Source: Aliivibrio fischeri ES114
Lineage (GTDB): Bacteria; Pseudomonadota; Gammaproteobacteria; Enterobacterales; Vibrionaceae
Assembly (NCBI RefSeq): GCF_000011805.1
Contig: NC_006841.2
DNA length: 32,000 nucleotides
Strand: one strand, 5' to 3'
Shown piece by piece: positions 6,784 to 17,614 of the stretch (positions are counted from its first letter, which is position 1; each line of letters starts with the position of its first letter). The position numbers and the translations under genes are program-made. The notes under the pieces were generated by a model, which was not told the DNA's origin, made no database searches, and worked only from the letters and a program-made list of their open reading frames with translations.

Positions 6784-7350
6784 ATGAGCATTGCAAAAAC
6801 TCTATTAACTCGTTGCGATTCTAAATGTGAACTATGTGGTTCAACTAACTCACTAGCTCCATTTGCAGTTCCGCCTAAAACAGATATCACGGTTGATAAC
6901 TGTGTAATGATTTGTGATACATGTACAGCACAAATCGAAGACGCTGATAAAATGGATGTTAACCACTGGCGTTGTTTAAACGACTCTATGTGGAGCCAAG
7001 TACCAACTGTTCAAGTTATTTCTTACGTTCTTTTAAGCAAACTTGCTTCTGAATCTTGGGCTCAAGATGCGCTTGATATGATGTACGTTGAAGAAGACGT
7101 TAAAGAATGGGCTGAGAAAGCACTTCTTTCTGACGGTGAAAAACCACGTGATGTTAACGGCGTTGAACTTAAAAAAGGTGACGACGTAACAGTAATTAAA
7201 GACTTACCAGTTAAAGGTACTAACCAAGTAATCAAGCAAGGTACAGTTATCCGTGGTATCAGCCTTGGCGACGATCCTCGTTTAGTTTCTGGTAAAGCTA
7301 ACGGCGGTCAATCTATGTATGTAATCGCTGAGTTCTGTCGTAAAAAGTAA
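6784..7350 (+). CDS. PhnA-family protein
   Basis: CELCG zinc-ribbon-like N-term and C-terminal VNGVELKKGDDVTVIKDLPVKGTNQVIKQGTVIRGISLGDD typical of PhnA/YjdM domain. Confidence 0.85.
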   Translation: MSIAKTLLTRCDSKCELCGSTNSLAPFAVPPKTDITVDNCVMICDTCTAQIEDADKMDVNHWRCLNDSMWSQVPTVQVISYVLLSKLASESWAQDALDMMYVEEDVKEWAEKALLSDGEKPRDVNGVELKKGDDVTVIKDLPVKGTNQVIKQGTVIRGISLGDDPRLVSGKANGGQSMYVIAEFCRKK

Positions 7351-7373
7351 TTGATTAATTGCTAAAGTGACAT

Positions 7374-7401
7374 AAAAAAGACGCGAATATGCGTCTTTTT
7401 T
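7374..7401. terminator. Rho-independent terminator
   Basis: AAAAAAGACGC - GAATAT - GCGTCTTTTTT. Confidence 0.85.
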
Positions 7402-7425
7402 CATGTCTGTATATTATTGAAATAG

Positions 7426-8004
7426 CTAGTCCCTACTCCATTCATACACGTCACTCTGTCCTTTTCCTTTAAAGAAATTAGAATGTTGCTGTATAAACTG
7501 ATCTTTTTTTAATTCATCAATTGGCCACTCAGAAAAGTTTTCTTTTAGCTCAAATTTATCTGATTTGATTTGTACTGATGTAAGTTGATTTGCGGTGCGT
7601 CTAAACAGATAACCTCGGCCATTCTTCTCACATTGGAAACTGATCTGTTGTTGCGGAGTTTGATTTAACTTTAGCTTAGCAGGAAAAAATGAACCAGATA
7701 GACACGAGTCTTCATATGTCACTATGATTTCTAGCTTATTGGTATAAGTAATATTTACCACAGTAGTGAGTTTTGAACTGGTATCCACGCGTCTAAATAA
7801 CAGCTGCTTAGTGTCTTTAGTGCGTGTGGTTTGAATTCCATTAGAAAACGGTTCGTAGTACATCCATGACCATTCCCAATCCATGTCTCGTGATGCGTAA
7901 TTAAGTTGAGATGATGAGTGTTTCCATAAAGCAAATAAAACAGCGCAGACACCTAAAATGAGCGCAACAGAGAAAGCTTTGAAAAAAGAAGTGACTGAAA
8001 ACAT
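7426..8004 (-). CDS. Hypothetical protein with N-terminal TM helix
   Basis: 192-aa ORF between terminators, hydrophobic N-terminus. Confidence 0.55.
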   Translation of the reverse strand: MFSVTSFFKAFSVALILGVCAVLFALWKHSSSQLNYASRDMDWEWSWMYYEPFSNGIQTTRTKDTKQLLFRRVDTSSKLTTVVNITYTNKLEIIVTYEDSCLSGSFFPAKLKLNQTPQQQISFQCEKNGRGYLFRRTANQLTSVQIKSDKFELKENFSEWPIDELKKDQFIQQHSNFFKGKGQSDVYEWSRD

Positions 8005-8168
8005 GATGGATACTGATTAATGAACGATCTTGAGAGTTTACCATATGGAAGATATGGGAACTAACATATTCATTAAAATGCATGATTAATCAAAAGCCTT
8101 TGTATAACCTCGGCAATTTTTCTAACCAACTGAATTTTTATGCTCATTGATATATTACAGATACAAAA

Positions 8169-8193
8169 AAGCCGAGACATTACATCTCGGCTT
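8169..8193 (-). terminator. Terminator downstream of pntB
   Basis: Minus strand AAGCCGAGA - TGTAATG - TCTCGGCTT then TTTTGT. Confidence 0.85.
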
Positions 8194-8216
8194 ATCGACT
8201 CTATTAAACTAGCATA

Positions 8217-9593
8217 TTAGATATGTTTGCTGATTTCCACACAACTTTCTTTAGCGTCACCGAAAAGCATTTCAGTATTTTCTTTAAAGAACAGTGGGTT
8301 TTGAACACCAGCATAACCTGTGTTCATAGAACGTTTGAATACGATTACGTTTTTCGCATTCCATACTTCTAGAACTGGCATACCTGCGATTGGGCTGTTT
8401 GGATCTTCCATTGCTGCAGGGTTAACTGTATCGTTAGCACCAATAACTAGAACTGTATCTGTTTCAGATAAGTCATCGTTGATCTCGTCCATTTCTAGAA
8501 CGATATCGTAAGGTACTTTAGCTTCTGCAAGAAGAACGTTCATGTGACCAGGTAAACGTCCCGCAACTGGGTGGATACCAAAGCGCACTTCAACACCTTG
8601 AGCACGAAGTTTTTCAGTGATTTCGTGAACTGGGTACTGAGCTTGAGCTACTGCCATGCCGTATCCTGGAGTGATAACAACAGACTTAGAGTTTTTAAGC
8701 ATTTCTGCTACTTCTTCAGCGGTTGTTTCACGATGCTCACCCTGCTCTTCATCACCAGATGAAGCAACAACGTCTTGACCGAAGCCACCAGCAATTACGC
8801 TGATGAAAGAACGGTTCATTGCTTTACACATGATGTAAGACAGAATTGCACCTGATGAACCTACTAATGCACCAGTAACAATCAGTAGATCGTTTGATAG
8901 CATGAAACCTGCCGCTGCCGCTGCCCAACCAGAGTATGAGTTAAGCATTGAAACAACTACTGGCATATCCGCACCACCGATTGAAGCAACCAAGTGATAA
9001 CCGAATGCAAATGCGATCAGTGTTACTAGAATAAGTGCGAACATGCTGCCTTCAACACTTACGAAGTGGTAAAGAAGACCTGCAGATACAACTAATGCTA
9101 GTAAGTTCAGCTTATGACGGTGAGGTAATTGAAGTGCAGATGAGTTAATCACTCCACGTAGTTTACCGAATGCCACTAAAGAACCTGTGAAAGTAACCGC
9201 ACCAATGAAGACGCCTAAGAATACCTCTACAAGGTGGATATTTAGCATAGCACCAACAAGAACACCGTGGTCGATGTAACTGTTGAAACCAACAAGAACC
9301 GCAGCCATACCAACAAAGCTGTGAAGAATTGCCACAAGTTCTGGCATTTCAGTCATTTCAACTTTTTTCGCATAGTAAAGACCAATCGCGCCACCCATAG
9401 CCATTGCTACGATGATCCAGCCTGTCCCTGTTGAATCAGGGCCAAAGATGGTTGCGATAAGTGCGATAGCCATACCAGTAATACCGTAGTAGTTACCGCT
9501 ACGAGCTGTCTCTTGTTTAGACAGACCTGCTAAACTCATGATAAATAGAACGGCAGATACAATATACGCTGCTTGAACTAATCCTGCTGACAT
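8217..9593 (-). CDS. pntB: NAD(P) transhydrogenase beta subunit
   Basis: 458 aa, characteristic [39 protein letters not shown] motifs. Confidence 0.97.
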   Translation of the reverse strand: MSAGLVQAAYIVSAVLFIMSLAGLSKQETARSGNYYGITGMAIALIATIFGPDSTGTGWIIVAMAMGGAIGLYYAKKVEMTEMPELVAILHSFVGMAAVLVGFNSYIDHGVLVGAMLNIHLVEVFLGVFIGAVTFTGSLVAFGKLRGVINSSALQLPHRHKLNLLALVVSAGLLYHFVSVEGSMFALILVTLIAFAFGYHLVASIGGADMPVVVSMLNSYSGWAAAAAGFMLSNDLLIVTGALVGSSGAILSYIMCKAMNRSFISVIAGGFGQDVVASSGDEEQGEHRETTAEEVAEMLKNSKSVVITPGYGMAVAQAQYPVHEITEKLRAQGVEVRFGIHPVAGRLPGHMNVLLAEAKVPYDIVLEMDEINDDLSETDTVLVIGANDTVNPAAMEDPNSPIAGMPVLEVWNAKNVIVFKRSMNTGYAGVQNPLFFKENTEMLFGDAKESCVEISKHI

Positions 9594-9604
9594 TGTCCTA
9601 CTCC

Positions 9605-11161
9605 TTATTTATCTTTACGGAACATTTCAAGCATACGCTTGGTTACAGCGAAACCGCCAAATATATTAATACTTGCGATAAGAACTGCGATAAATGCTAA
9701 AAATGAAACGACACCATTACCCTGACCCACTTGCAGTAATGCACCTACAATGATGATGCCTGAGATAGCGTTTGTTACTGACATTAGTGGTGTATGAAGT
9801 GAATGACTTACATTCCATACCACGTAATAACCAACCACACACGCAAGTACGAATACAGTAAAGTGTGCTAAGAATGCTGCTGGAGCGACAGATGCAACCC
9901 AACCGAATGCTGCAATACCAGCACCGATCATTGCAAATTTCTTAATTGGTGATGTTGGCTCTTCAACTTTTGGCTCAACCTTAGCTTTTGGTGCTGCTTT
10001 CGCTTGTGGTTGTGCTGACACTTGAATTGGTGGCGCAGGCCAAGTTACTTCACCTTCTTTAACAACTGTTACACCACGAAGAACAACGTCTTCAAAATCG
10101 ATGTTGATGTTGCCATCTTTTTCTTTACATAAAAGTTTTAGAAGGTTTACTAGGTTTGTGCCGTATAGCTGAGATGATTGAGTTGGTAGACGACCAACCA
10201 TATCAGTATAACCAACGATCTTAACGCCATTCTCTGTTACGAAAACTTCGTCTTTTACTGTGTATTCACAGTTACCGCCGTTTGCTGCCGCTAAATCGAC
10301 AATAACACTGCCCGCTTTCATGCTATCAACCATTTCTTTGGTGATTAGCTTCGGCGCTGGACGACCTGGGATAAGCGCTGTTGTGATGATGATATCAACG
10401 TCTTTAGCTTGAGCCGCATATAGCTCTTCTGCTTTTTTGTTGAACTCATCAGACATTTCTTTAGCGTAGCCATCACCTGAGCCAGAGTTTTCTTTGAAAT
10501 CAACTTCAAGGAATTCTGCACCCATTGATTGCACTTGTTCTTTTACTTCTGGACGAACGTCAAATGCACGAACGATTGCACCAAGGCTACCAGCAGCACC
10601 GATAGCAGCAAGACCTGCAACACCAGCACCAGCAACAAGTACTTTAGCCGGTGGAACTTTACCAGCCGCTGTAATTTGACCGGTAAAGAAGCGGCCAAAT
10701 TCATGCGCAGCTTCAACTACAGCACGGTAACCTGCAATGTTTGCCATTGAACTTAGGGCATCAAGCGCCTGAGCACGAGAAATACGAGGAACCGAATCCA
10801 TAGCAAGAACGTTAATGTTCTTTGTTGCTAACTTCGCTAGTAGTTCTTCATTTTGTGCAGGCCAAATAAAGCTGATTAAGCTTGCGCCATCTTGAATTAA
10901 ATCGAACTCATCAACACCCGTTGCTTCATTTACTTGAGGTGCATTTACTTTCAGAATCAGTTCTGATTTCCATACATCATCTGTTGAAACAACGGTTGCG
11001 CCAGCTTGTTCAAAAGCTGAATCATCAAAGCTCGCTAAGATACCAGCGTTTGATTCTACAGCAACTGTAAAACCAAGCTTGATAAGCTGCTCAACCGTTT
11101 TAGGCGTTGCAGCAACACGGGTTTCACCCGCGAAGACTTCTCTAGGTACACCAATTTGCAT
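9605..11161 (-). CDS. pntA: NAD(P) transhydrogenase alpha subunit
   Basis: 518 aa, [20 protein letters not shown], dinucleotide fold [23 protein letters not shown]-terminal TM region. Confidence 0.97.
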   Translation of the reverse strand: MQIGVPREVFAGETRVAATPKTVEQLIKLGFTVAVESNAGILASFDDSAFEQAGATVVSTDDVWKSELILKVNAPQVNEATGVDEFDLIQDGASLISFIWPAQNEELLAKLATKNINVLAMDSVPRISRAQALDALSSMANIAGYRAVVEAAHEFGRFFTGQITAAGKVPPAKVLVAGAGVAGLAAIGAAGSLGAIVRAFDVRPEVKEQVQSMGAEFLEVDFKENSGSGDGYAKEMSDEFNKKAEELYAAQAKDVDIIITTALIPGRPAPKLITKEMVDSMKAGSVIVDLAAANGGNCEYTVKDEVFVTENGVKIVGYTDMVGRLPTQSSQLYGTNLVNLLKLLCKEKDGNINIDFEDVVLRGVTVVKEGEVTWPAPPIQVSAQPQAKAAPKAKVEPKVEEPTSPIKKFAMIGAGIAAFGWVASVAPAAFLAHFTVFVLACVVGYYVVWNVSHSLHTPLMSVTNAISGIIIVGALLQVGQGNGVVSFLAFIAVLIASINIFGGFAVTKRMLEMFRKDK

Positions 11162-11419
11162 AGTAATTCCTTGACTATTGGCATGAATTTGTCAGTTAGT
11201 TTTATCCAAGCTAACCGATTAATTCAAGTGTTTTGTAATAAAATGACATATTTTCATTACTTAAAATTTTATACGACCTTATTCTCACCGCTATTTAGTA
11301 AAAAAACAACATTTTGGTGACAAAAAAGAGGTCAAACCACTAATTGTTACTTATTGATTTTCAAGAATAAGTCGAAAAAACAATCAAATTGTTTATTTTT
11401 TAATATCAATCTAGTTACA

Positions 11420-11695
11420 TTATTTAAATAATGAATCACCAAGTTGATCGATCAGTACTTTTGCTTTACTTACCATGAGTTCATCGGCGTTGGCTTTTGA
11501 TGAGATAACATCGGAGCGAATAAAGCGATGTTCTTTTAATTCGCCGTTGATTTCTTTGGTGAGTTTTCCAGCAATTCGAAATTGTGAACCGTCAGGTTCT
11601 GAGTTTGGATAGATGAGAAAAGATTTGTACTCAACTGGTTCAACAGTAGGTTCAGTTGCAGTTGATGAGCCAAATAGACGTGAAAAAAGCCCCAT
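11420..11695 (-). CDS. HlyU-family (small) putative transcriptional regulator
   Basis: MGLFSRLFGSSTATEPTVEPVEYKSFLIYPNSEPDGSQFRIAGKLTKEINGELKEHRFIRSDVISS; start reassigned to 11695 using GGA-type SD upstream. Confidence 0.75.
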   Translation of the reverse strand: MGLFSRLFGSSTATEPTVEPVEYKSFLIYPNSEPDGSQFRIAGKLTKEINGELKEHRFIRSDVISSKANADELMVSKAKVLIDQLGDSLFK

Positions 11696-11774
11696 TTCAT
11701 TTTCCTTTTTGAAATAAGGCTTATTATACATGAGAGAGTTAATTTTTAAGTAGATCGACTCTAATAAACTGAGA

Positions 11775-12329
11775 TTATTCTTCGTCAAAGAGCTCAGTGA
11801 TTGGCGTTATTCTGATCTCGATACGGCGGTTCTTTTTGCGCCCTTCTGCATTTATGTTAGTAGCAATGGGCTCTGATTCACCAAAACCATAGGTATTAAT
11901 TCGATTTCCATCAACACCATTTTCTTCTAGTAAAGCCAGAACAGAATCAGCACGTTGATTTGAGAGAGACATATTGAATTTTTTGCTGCCACGGCTGTCA
12001 GTATGACCTGCAATAAAAACTTCTGACTCTGGTTTATCATTCAGTAATTTAGCTAACTGTGATAGTACAAGTTTGCTCTCATTTTTTATTTCTATACTGC
12101 CCGAATCGAAGCTCTTATCACCATTTAGTAAAATGATAATCTCTTCATTTGTTTGAGCAACACTGCCAATATCTTCTGTAACAAATTGCTGTAGCTGTTC
12201 ATTATGGTAATCAACAAATGACGCAACGGTTGGTGTTTCTGCAATATCTGCCATTTCATCATCTGATGTGCTCTGGCACCCCATTAATAAACTTGCTGAT
12301 ATGATAATTCCAAGTAGCTGTTTTTTCAT
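11775..12329 (-). CDS. OmpA-family lipoprotein
   Basis: Lipobox-like LLMGC and C-terminal OmpA domain AGHTDSRGSKKFNMSLSNQRADSVLALLEENGV...GFGESEPIATN...NRRIEIRI. Confidence 0.88.
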   Translation of the reverse strand: MKKQLLGIIISASLLMGCQSTSDDEMADIAETPTVASFVDYHNEQLQQFVTEDIGSVAQTNEEIIILLNGDKSFDSGSIEIKNESKLVLSQLAKLLNDKPESEVFIAGHTDSRGSKKFNMSLSNQRADSVLALLEENGVDGNRINTYGFGESEPIATNINAEGRKKNRRIEIRITPITELFDEE

Positions 12330-12438
12330 TATAAGTATCCCTAGTCCAAACTAAGAACAATTTATCAAACTTCTTATACAGTTACTCACTCAGTAAAAAT
12401 GAAATCGAGTCACTTCATTTACTTTTGAAATTATGATG

Positions 12439-13563
12439 TTACTCAGTATCACCTTTGAGATTGTTTTTATTTCGAGTAATGAAAAATAGAAAAGCATAAA
12501 GGATACACCGTGCGTATAAACCACTTAAATTCGTTAATACACCGCCTAACCCTGCCCCTTGCTGATTCAGTTTTAAAAATCCGTTAATGGCAAAGCCACT
12601 AGGCAATAGATGCATGATATCGGTAATAATACTTGGCACCATTTCTGCTGGCCAAATAAAGCCTGCACTAAACACAATTGGCATAGAGCTAAACAAAACA
12701 AGTAATAAAATACTTTCAGATGTTGGAAGTACCTTACCAAGGAATAAGCCAAGTAAAATCACAGACGATATGAATGGCACCAATAAAACCAGTATTTCTA
12801 ATGGTGTGCCAAATCGACTAATAGAATAAAAATCAAAGAAATAACCAAAATACAAACACGCTAGTAATAATTCGGTAAAGAGGAATATTCCAAATCTAAC
12901 GATCAGATGTGTGACTGTATTTTCATTAGCTGATGATTGTTTTTGTCTTACCCCTACAGCCATTAATAAGGTTTGTTGAAGAATAAGCACAAATACCGCC
13001 GGAACAACATATTGAACATACCCCATGTAATGGTTAAATACAGGAATGTAATTAGATTGGAATGGCCTAAATGAATGGATGGCCGCATTCATGGGTGTAC
13101 CATCTATAGCTAAGTGAGCAATTCGATATTCTGCTGAAATAGTTCCACCAGCGGTCATTAATCCTTCTACTATGGTACCGTAAATCAAGAAATAAGAGGC
13201 GTCACCTGCATAACCAACCGTTGGCGCTTCGCCTAATTGAAGCTTTTTTGAAAACTCTGACGGGATAACTAAAAAGCCGGTTATCTCATTGTTCAAAAAT
13301 TGACTTTTAGCCTGCTCAATACTGTTTGCTTGTTCCACCACATTAACTTGTTGTGAGGTATTGACCATTCGAGCAAACTTTCTACTTAGTTCCGATTTAT
13401 CGAGATCCACCACTGAGATCTTTTGCTCTTCAGGGCTTTGATGCTGATACGGTAATGGATACAAGAAGGCATAGAAAAGTACACCACCAATCATTGCTAG
13501 TACAATCGTAGTGTTACTGAATATGGCTTTTGCTTCTTTTTGAATAAGTAGAAATAGCGACAT
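12439..13563 (-). CDS. ABC-2 type transporter permease
   Basis: 374 aa YhhJ/YbhR-like architecture, N-term TM, large periplasmic region, C-terminal TMs. Confidence 0.85.
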   Translation of the reverse strand: MSLFLLIQKEAKAIFSNTTIVLAMIGGVLFYAFLYPLPYQHQSPEEQKISVVDLDKSELSRKFARMVNTSQQVNVVEQANSIEQAKSQFLNNEITGFLVIPSEFSKKLQLGEAPTVGYAGDASYFLIYGTIVEGLMTAGGTISAEYRIAHLAIDGTPMNAAIHSFRPFQSNYIPVFNHYMGYVQYVVPAVFVLILQQTLLMAVGVRQKQSSANENTVTHLIVRFGIFLFTELLLACLYFGYFFDFYSISRFGTPLEILVLLVPFISSVILLGLFLGKVLPTSESILLLVLFSSMPIVFSAGFIWPAEMVPSIITDIMHLLPSGFAINGFLKLNQQGAGLGGVLTNLSGLYARCILYAFLFFITRNKNNLKGDTE

Positions 13564-13566
13564 AAT

Positions 13567-14739
13567 TTATTTCTTTAGCTTAAGAGAAAGTAATAACAAA
13601 GGAAGAGTAAATAAAGTCAGGACCCCAATGTTAGGAAATGCACTAACTAAAGAATCTCCGTAATTTGATAATTCATTTTGAGCTCGAACAAAATGGCTTG
13701 CTGGTAAAATAGAATGCCAAAACGTTGCTAATGAGTTCATATCAGTTACGGGAAACGTCACCCCTAAAAATGCAAAACTCGGCGCAGTATAAGCACCTGA
13801 AATGCTCATTGCTTTTACAATGTCATTTGTACCATAACCGATGGCAATACCTAGACTGATGCAAGCAAAGCTCATCAAACTCATGTTTAAAATAAATGCA
13901 GTGATTGAACCATTAAATGGAAATCCAATTACACCGTATAAAAAATAAAACAGCACAGCGCCTAGCATCATCGCTATGCAAAAATAAACCAAGGTAAAGT
14001 TGAATATACTTAAGCGATCTTGTTTATCAAACCACTCACGAAGCGAGTTACATCCTGTTCGTACCGATTCGTTTTGCATAGCCCAAAGCATGCCAACAAT
14101 AACCGCCATTTGCCAAATAGCAGGTAAGATGGCAGAAACAAGGAATTGATTATAATTACTACCAAGGTTAAACAATGGTGTAACCTGTACCTTAATCGGA
14201 ACGGCTGAATTAATGGCCTGAGTCCAGGTGGTTTCTTTAATGCTTAATTGTTTAATTACTGACAGTTTGGCTTGTGCTGTCATGTCTGTTTGCATTAATG
14301 CCGAGTTTATTTGCTTAGCGATAAGAATGAACTGACCATTGTAAAAACCTGTTATTTTGGGGCTTTTACCTAGCATTACGTTCTTTTCAAAATCATGAGG
14401 GATAATAATATAGCCATAATTATCACCTTTGGTTAATGCGAGGTTGGCTTTTTCTTTATTTGGTTGAATACTTTTAACTGAAAGTGTTGGTGTTGCATCG
14501 TAATCACGGATCATCATTCTTGATAAATGAGATTGATCGAGATCGACGACATCAATGGGTAATTCTCTAACTACATTTGAAGAGAATATCCACCAAATCA
14601 CAAGCGAGGTAAGTAGCGGTAAAACAAAAGTTACCGCCATAACCCAAGGGCTTGTAAAGTATGAACGCCAATATGTTTTCATTGATATCATCGTATTCTG
14701 CACTTGATTCTTATTTACTTTCAACCGTAACGATGGCAC
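13567..14739 (-). CDS. ABC-2 type transporter permease
   Basis: 390 aa, same architecture as neighbour (PIDVVDLDQSHLSR vs ISVVDLDKSELSR). Confidence 0.85.
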   Translation of the reverse strand: MPSLRLKVNKNQVQNTMISMKTYWRSYFTSPWVMAVTFVLPLLTSLVIWWIFSSNVVRELPIDVVDLDQSHLSRMMIRDYDATPTLSVKSIQPNKEKANLALTKGDNYGYIIIPHDFEKNVMLGKSPKITGFYNGQFILIAKQINSALMQTDMTAQAKLSVIKQLSIKETTWTQAINSAVPIKVQVTPLFNLGSNYNQFLVSAILPAIWQMAVIVGMLWAMQNESVRTGCNSLREWFDKQDRLSIFNFTLVYFCIAMMLGAVLFYFLYGVIGFPFNGSITAFILNMSLMSFACISLGIAIGYGTNDIVKAMSISGAYTAPSFAFLGVTFPVTDMNSLATFWHSILPASHFVRAQNELSNYGDSLVSAFPNIGVLTLFTLPLLLLSLKLKK

Positions 14740-15694
14740 TCATACCAACTCGAAGATCGGAAATAGGATTAACTGGGTGCGCTTCTATTTCAAAAGTTTT
14801 AAGATCAAAGCCCTGACTATTATCAGTTGCACGCCATGTAGCATAATCACCTAAAACGGAAACATGAGTGATTTTGAAATCTTCAGTGCGATCAAGTGCA
14901 GGAAGGTATACTTTTAATACCTCACCTTTTGTGTAATTTTTTAGCTTATCTTCACGAACATGAAATAGAGCCCATGCTTCATTCATATCAATGACACTAA
15001 CAACAGGAAATCCTTGAGGAGCGATTTCGCCTTCATTTAATAAAACTTGTGACACTTCACCTTGATACCAGCTGTCAATTTTTGTATCAGCTACATAGGC
15101 TTCAACTTCTGCAACTGAACCCATGGCCATTTTTACTTTTTCGTTAGCTGCACGCTTGGTCTCAGTACGAGCACCCTCTTTAGCCATTTGGTACATTTGG
15201 TATGCAGCACTTTCTGTGTATTTGGCTGCTTGCCATTGCGTATAGGTCTCGTCTTTTTTCTGCTCAGCAACAACACCATCTTTATATAAGTTATTTACAC
15301 GAGCATAAGTTTTTTCAAGTAGTTGACTAGCCGCTTTTGCTTTACGCCATTGATCTTTTGCTGCGGCAACTTGTTGAGTTCTTGCCCCTTGTTCTGCTTC
15401 TTCTGCTAATGCGCTAGCTGCGGCTTCACCGGCTTTTGCTTGTGCTAATTTAGCTTCAATTTCAGGGCTATAAAGTGAAAATACCGCTTGGCCTTTTTCA
15501 ATCATATCGCCCTTTTTAACGTAAATGTTTTCGATACGTCCAGGGACTTTAGATGAAATATTGTATTGTTCCGCTTCAATTTGACCTTGCAATAATTCAG
15601 GACGTGGTTGATAAGCAGACCAAAAGCTGTAGCCAATCCATCCAATAACAACCGATAAAGTAACAATGCTAATAATTTTTTTTGAGTTACTCAT
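14711..15694 (-). CDS. HlyD-family membrane fusion protein
   Basis: N-terminal TM, IEAEQYNISSKVPGRIENIYVKKGDMIEKGQAVFSL lipoyl half-motif, hairpin, C-term beta barrel; start moved to MSNSKK. Confidence 0.9.
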   Translation of the reverse strand: MSNSKKIISIVTLSVVIGWIGYSFWSAYQPRPELLQGQIEAEQYNISSKVPGRIENIYVKKGDMIEKGQAVFSLYSPEIEAKLAQAKAGEAAASALAEEAEQGARTQQVAAAKDQWRKAKAASQLLEKTYARVNNLYKDGVVAEQKKDETYTQWQAAKYTESAAYQMYQMAKEGARTETKRAANEKVKMAMGSVAEVEAYVADTKIDSWYQGEVSQVLLNEGEIAPQGFPVVSVIDMNEAWALFHVREDKLKNYTKGEVLKVYLPALDRTEDFKITHVSVLGDYATWRATDNSQGFDLKTFEIEAHPVNPISDLRVGMSAIVTVESK

Positions 15695-15698
15695 ATAT

Positions 15699-17057
15699 TT
15701 ACCCTTGTCTTGCCTGTAGTTGATATTGTACAAAAGTGTCAGTTTGATTACTTAGTGCTAATAATTTAACTAAAGAAATCACATAATTAAATGAAGCCAA
15801 AGAACGTTGGGTCTTAATGCTAGCAAGATAAAGCTCAGCATCGACCACATCTAGAGAGGTAGATAGCCCTTGTTTGAAGGCTTTCTCACGAAGTTGTACA
15901 TTTTCTTTGGCTAATTCTAAGCTTGAAGCCAAACCGTTATATTCATCAATCGCTTGCAGTGCTTCTCGATATGTCTTTTCAACCAATAACGCAAGATCTT
16001 GTTTAGCTTGGTTTTTTAAATATTTGACCTGTTGAATCGCACTGTGCGCTGCCACCACTTTGTCTGAGCGACCTTTGTTATCCAGTAATGGGACATTAAC
16101 TCCTACACCGACAAGCCAATCAGGTGTTATTTCTGCTGATAAACTGTCACCTTCATACAGATTATAGTTACCATATAAGTAGACATCAGGGTAATAACGC
16201 CCCTTTTCTGCTTTAACTAAACTTTCTGCTTGTAATTCTTTGGCATCTAAGAGAGCCAAACCAGGATAAGTATCTAGTGTGCTATCCACAAATGCATTTA
16301 ACTGTGGCAGTGACTTGTTTATAAATAATTGAGTTTCTGGGGTTACGGTTTCTGTTGTTTGTAACATACTAACTAAAGCGGCATTAGCAATATCATAGTC
16401 TTGCTGAGCTTTTCGTAAATCAACTTTAGCTTTATCATAAGAAGCATCAGCCTGTAGACGCTCTACTTTCGCAATTTGACCTTGCTGTTGTAGTTTAATC
16501 GCATTATCTCGATGTTTTGCTAGGCCTTGCTCTACTTCACTATAAGTATTAACCACTTCTTTCGCTAATACGGTACTAAAGTAATACTTTGCCAAATCTT
16601 CATAAGACGCTTGTTGCTTCATTAATAGTTGGCTACGAGCTTCTGCTGTTTTGCCTTCTGCTGCACTTTCAGCTGCAGAAATCCGACCGCCAGTAAAAAT
16701 TGGCCAAATGGCACGAATGGAACTGGTAAAGATATCTCGTTCAGAAAGCGTTGATGTTAGATTAGGAAGCAAAAATGGAATAGATGCATTCGTACTGTTC
16801 CATACTTGTTCAGCAGAAACCGTTACATCATCATCAAGATAAGTGTAGTTTGCGCTTAAGGTGATTGAAGGAAGGTTTAGATCAGACGTTCCTGATGCCA
16901 ACGACTCTTGTCTCTGTACATTCATTCGTTCAGCAGCAATACCGTTGTGATTATTTAATACATTTTTCCAAGCGGAATCGAAATCAACAGACTTAGCCTG
17001 TACTGATATTGATAGTAATGTAGTAATTAAGATTGAGACACGTGTCATTTTTAGCAT
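15699..17057 (-). CDS. TolC-family outer membrane efflux protein
   Basis: Signal peptide, paired repeats of outer membrane efflux protein; start chosen at MLKMTRVSILITTLLSI. Confidence 0.88.
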   Translation of the reverse strand: MLKMTRVSILITTLLSISVQAKSVDFDSAWKNVLNNHNGIAAERMNVQRQESLASGTSDLNLPSITLSANYTYLDDDVTVSAEQVWNSTNASIPFLLPNLTSTLSERDIFTSSIRAIWPIFTGGRISAAESAAEGKTAEARSQLLMKQQASYEDLAKYYFSTVLAKEVVNTYSEVEQGLAKHRDNAIKLQQQGQIAKVERLQADASYDKAKVDLRKAQQDYDIANAALVSMLQTTETVTPETQLFINKSLPQLNAFVDSTLDTYPGLALLDAKELQAESLVKAEKGRYYPDVYLYGNYNLYEGDSLSAEITPDWLVGVGVNVPLLDNKGRSDKVVAAHSAIQQVKYLKNQAKQDLALLVEKTYREALQAIDEYNGLASSLELAKENVQLREKAFKQGLSTSLDVVDAELYLASIKTQRSLASFNYVISLVKLLALSNQTDTFVQYQLQARQG

Positions 17058-17072
17058 AAACCCTCCGTTAAA

Positions 17073-17088
17073 TAGAGTATATACTCTA
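17073..17088. promoter_or_regulatory. Perfect 16-bp palindrome, candidate operator
   Basis: TAGAGTATATACTCTA, 15 nt upstream of the TolC-like start codon. Confidence 0.6.
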
Positions 17089-17111
17089 AATAAACCTAGA
17101 TGCAAAAAAAA

Positions 17112-17130
17112 GCTTATCTATAAGATAAGC
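17112..17130 (-). terminator. Terminator of the TetR-type gene
   Basis: Minus strand GCTTATC-TTATA-GATAAGC followed by a run of T. Confidence 0.7.
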
Positions 17131-17152
17131 CTTTTAATACATTTAATCAGAT

Positions 17153-17614
17153 TTATTTTGCCATTCGGATAAGAGATAGACCTATTAACCACTCTAGATC
17201 TTTACGACTCTCTTCGCCATATAGATCTTCAACCATGCTATATAGACGCTCAATACCGTTATGTGCAAATTCATGTGCATTTGCTGATGTTACGATATGG
17301 TGGAACAAAAGGCGTAAAATAGCTCGGAATTGTTCGTCTTCTAGAGATGAAATCCAGCTATCAATAAATTGTTGTTTGTCACCTTGCATATCAAGGCGTT
17401 CAGCAAAAAGACGGAAAATACGACCATCTAACGCTGCTGTAAAATCCGTTTTCTTTGGAAAATGATGGCTAATGCCAGTTCTAGAAACACCAGTCTGTTG
17501 ACTTAGTGTTGTGTACGACATTTTGTCATAGCCTAAGCGTAATAGTTGATCAATAACCGCATCCATGATTTTCTGGATGGTGATTTCAGTATCTTCTTTA
17601 CTTCTTTTTGGCAT
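17153..17614 (-). CDS. TetR-family transcriptional regulator
   Basis: N-terminal HTH ...DKMSYTTLSQQTGVSRTGISHHFPKKTDFTAAL. Confidence 0.85.
   Translation of the reverse strand: MPKRSKEDTEITIQKIMDAVIDQLLRLGYDKMSYTTLSQQTGVSRTGISHHFPKKTDFTAALDGRIFRLFAERLDMQGDKQQFIDSWISSLEDEQFRAILRLLFHHIVTSANAHEFAHNGIERLYSMVEDLYGEESRKDLEWLIGLSLIRMAK

Noticed and set aside
9717-11070. Plus-strand ORFs 9717-9902, 10494-10679, 10529-10750, 10882-11070
   Set aside because: Antisense to pntA, which is unambiguous.
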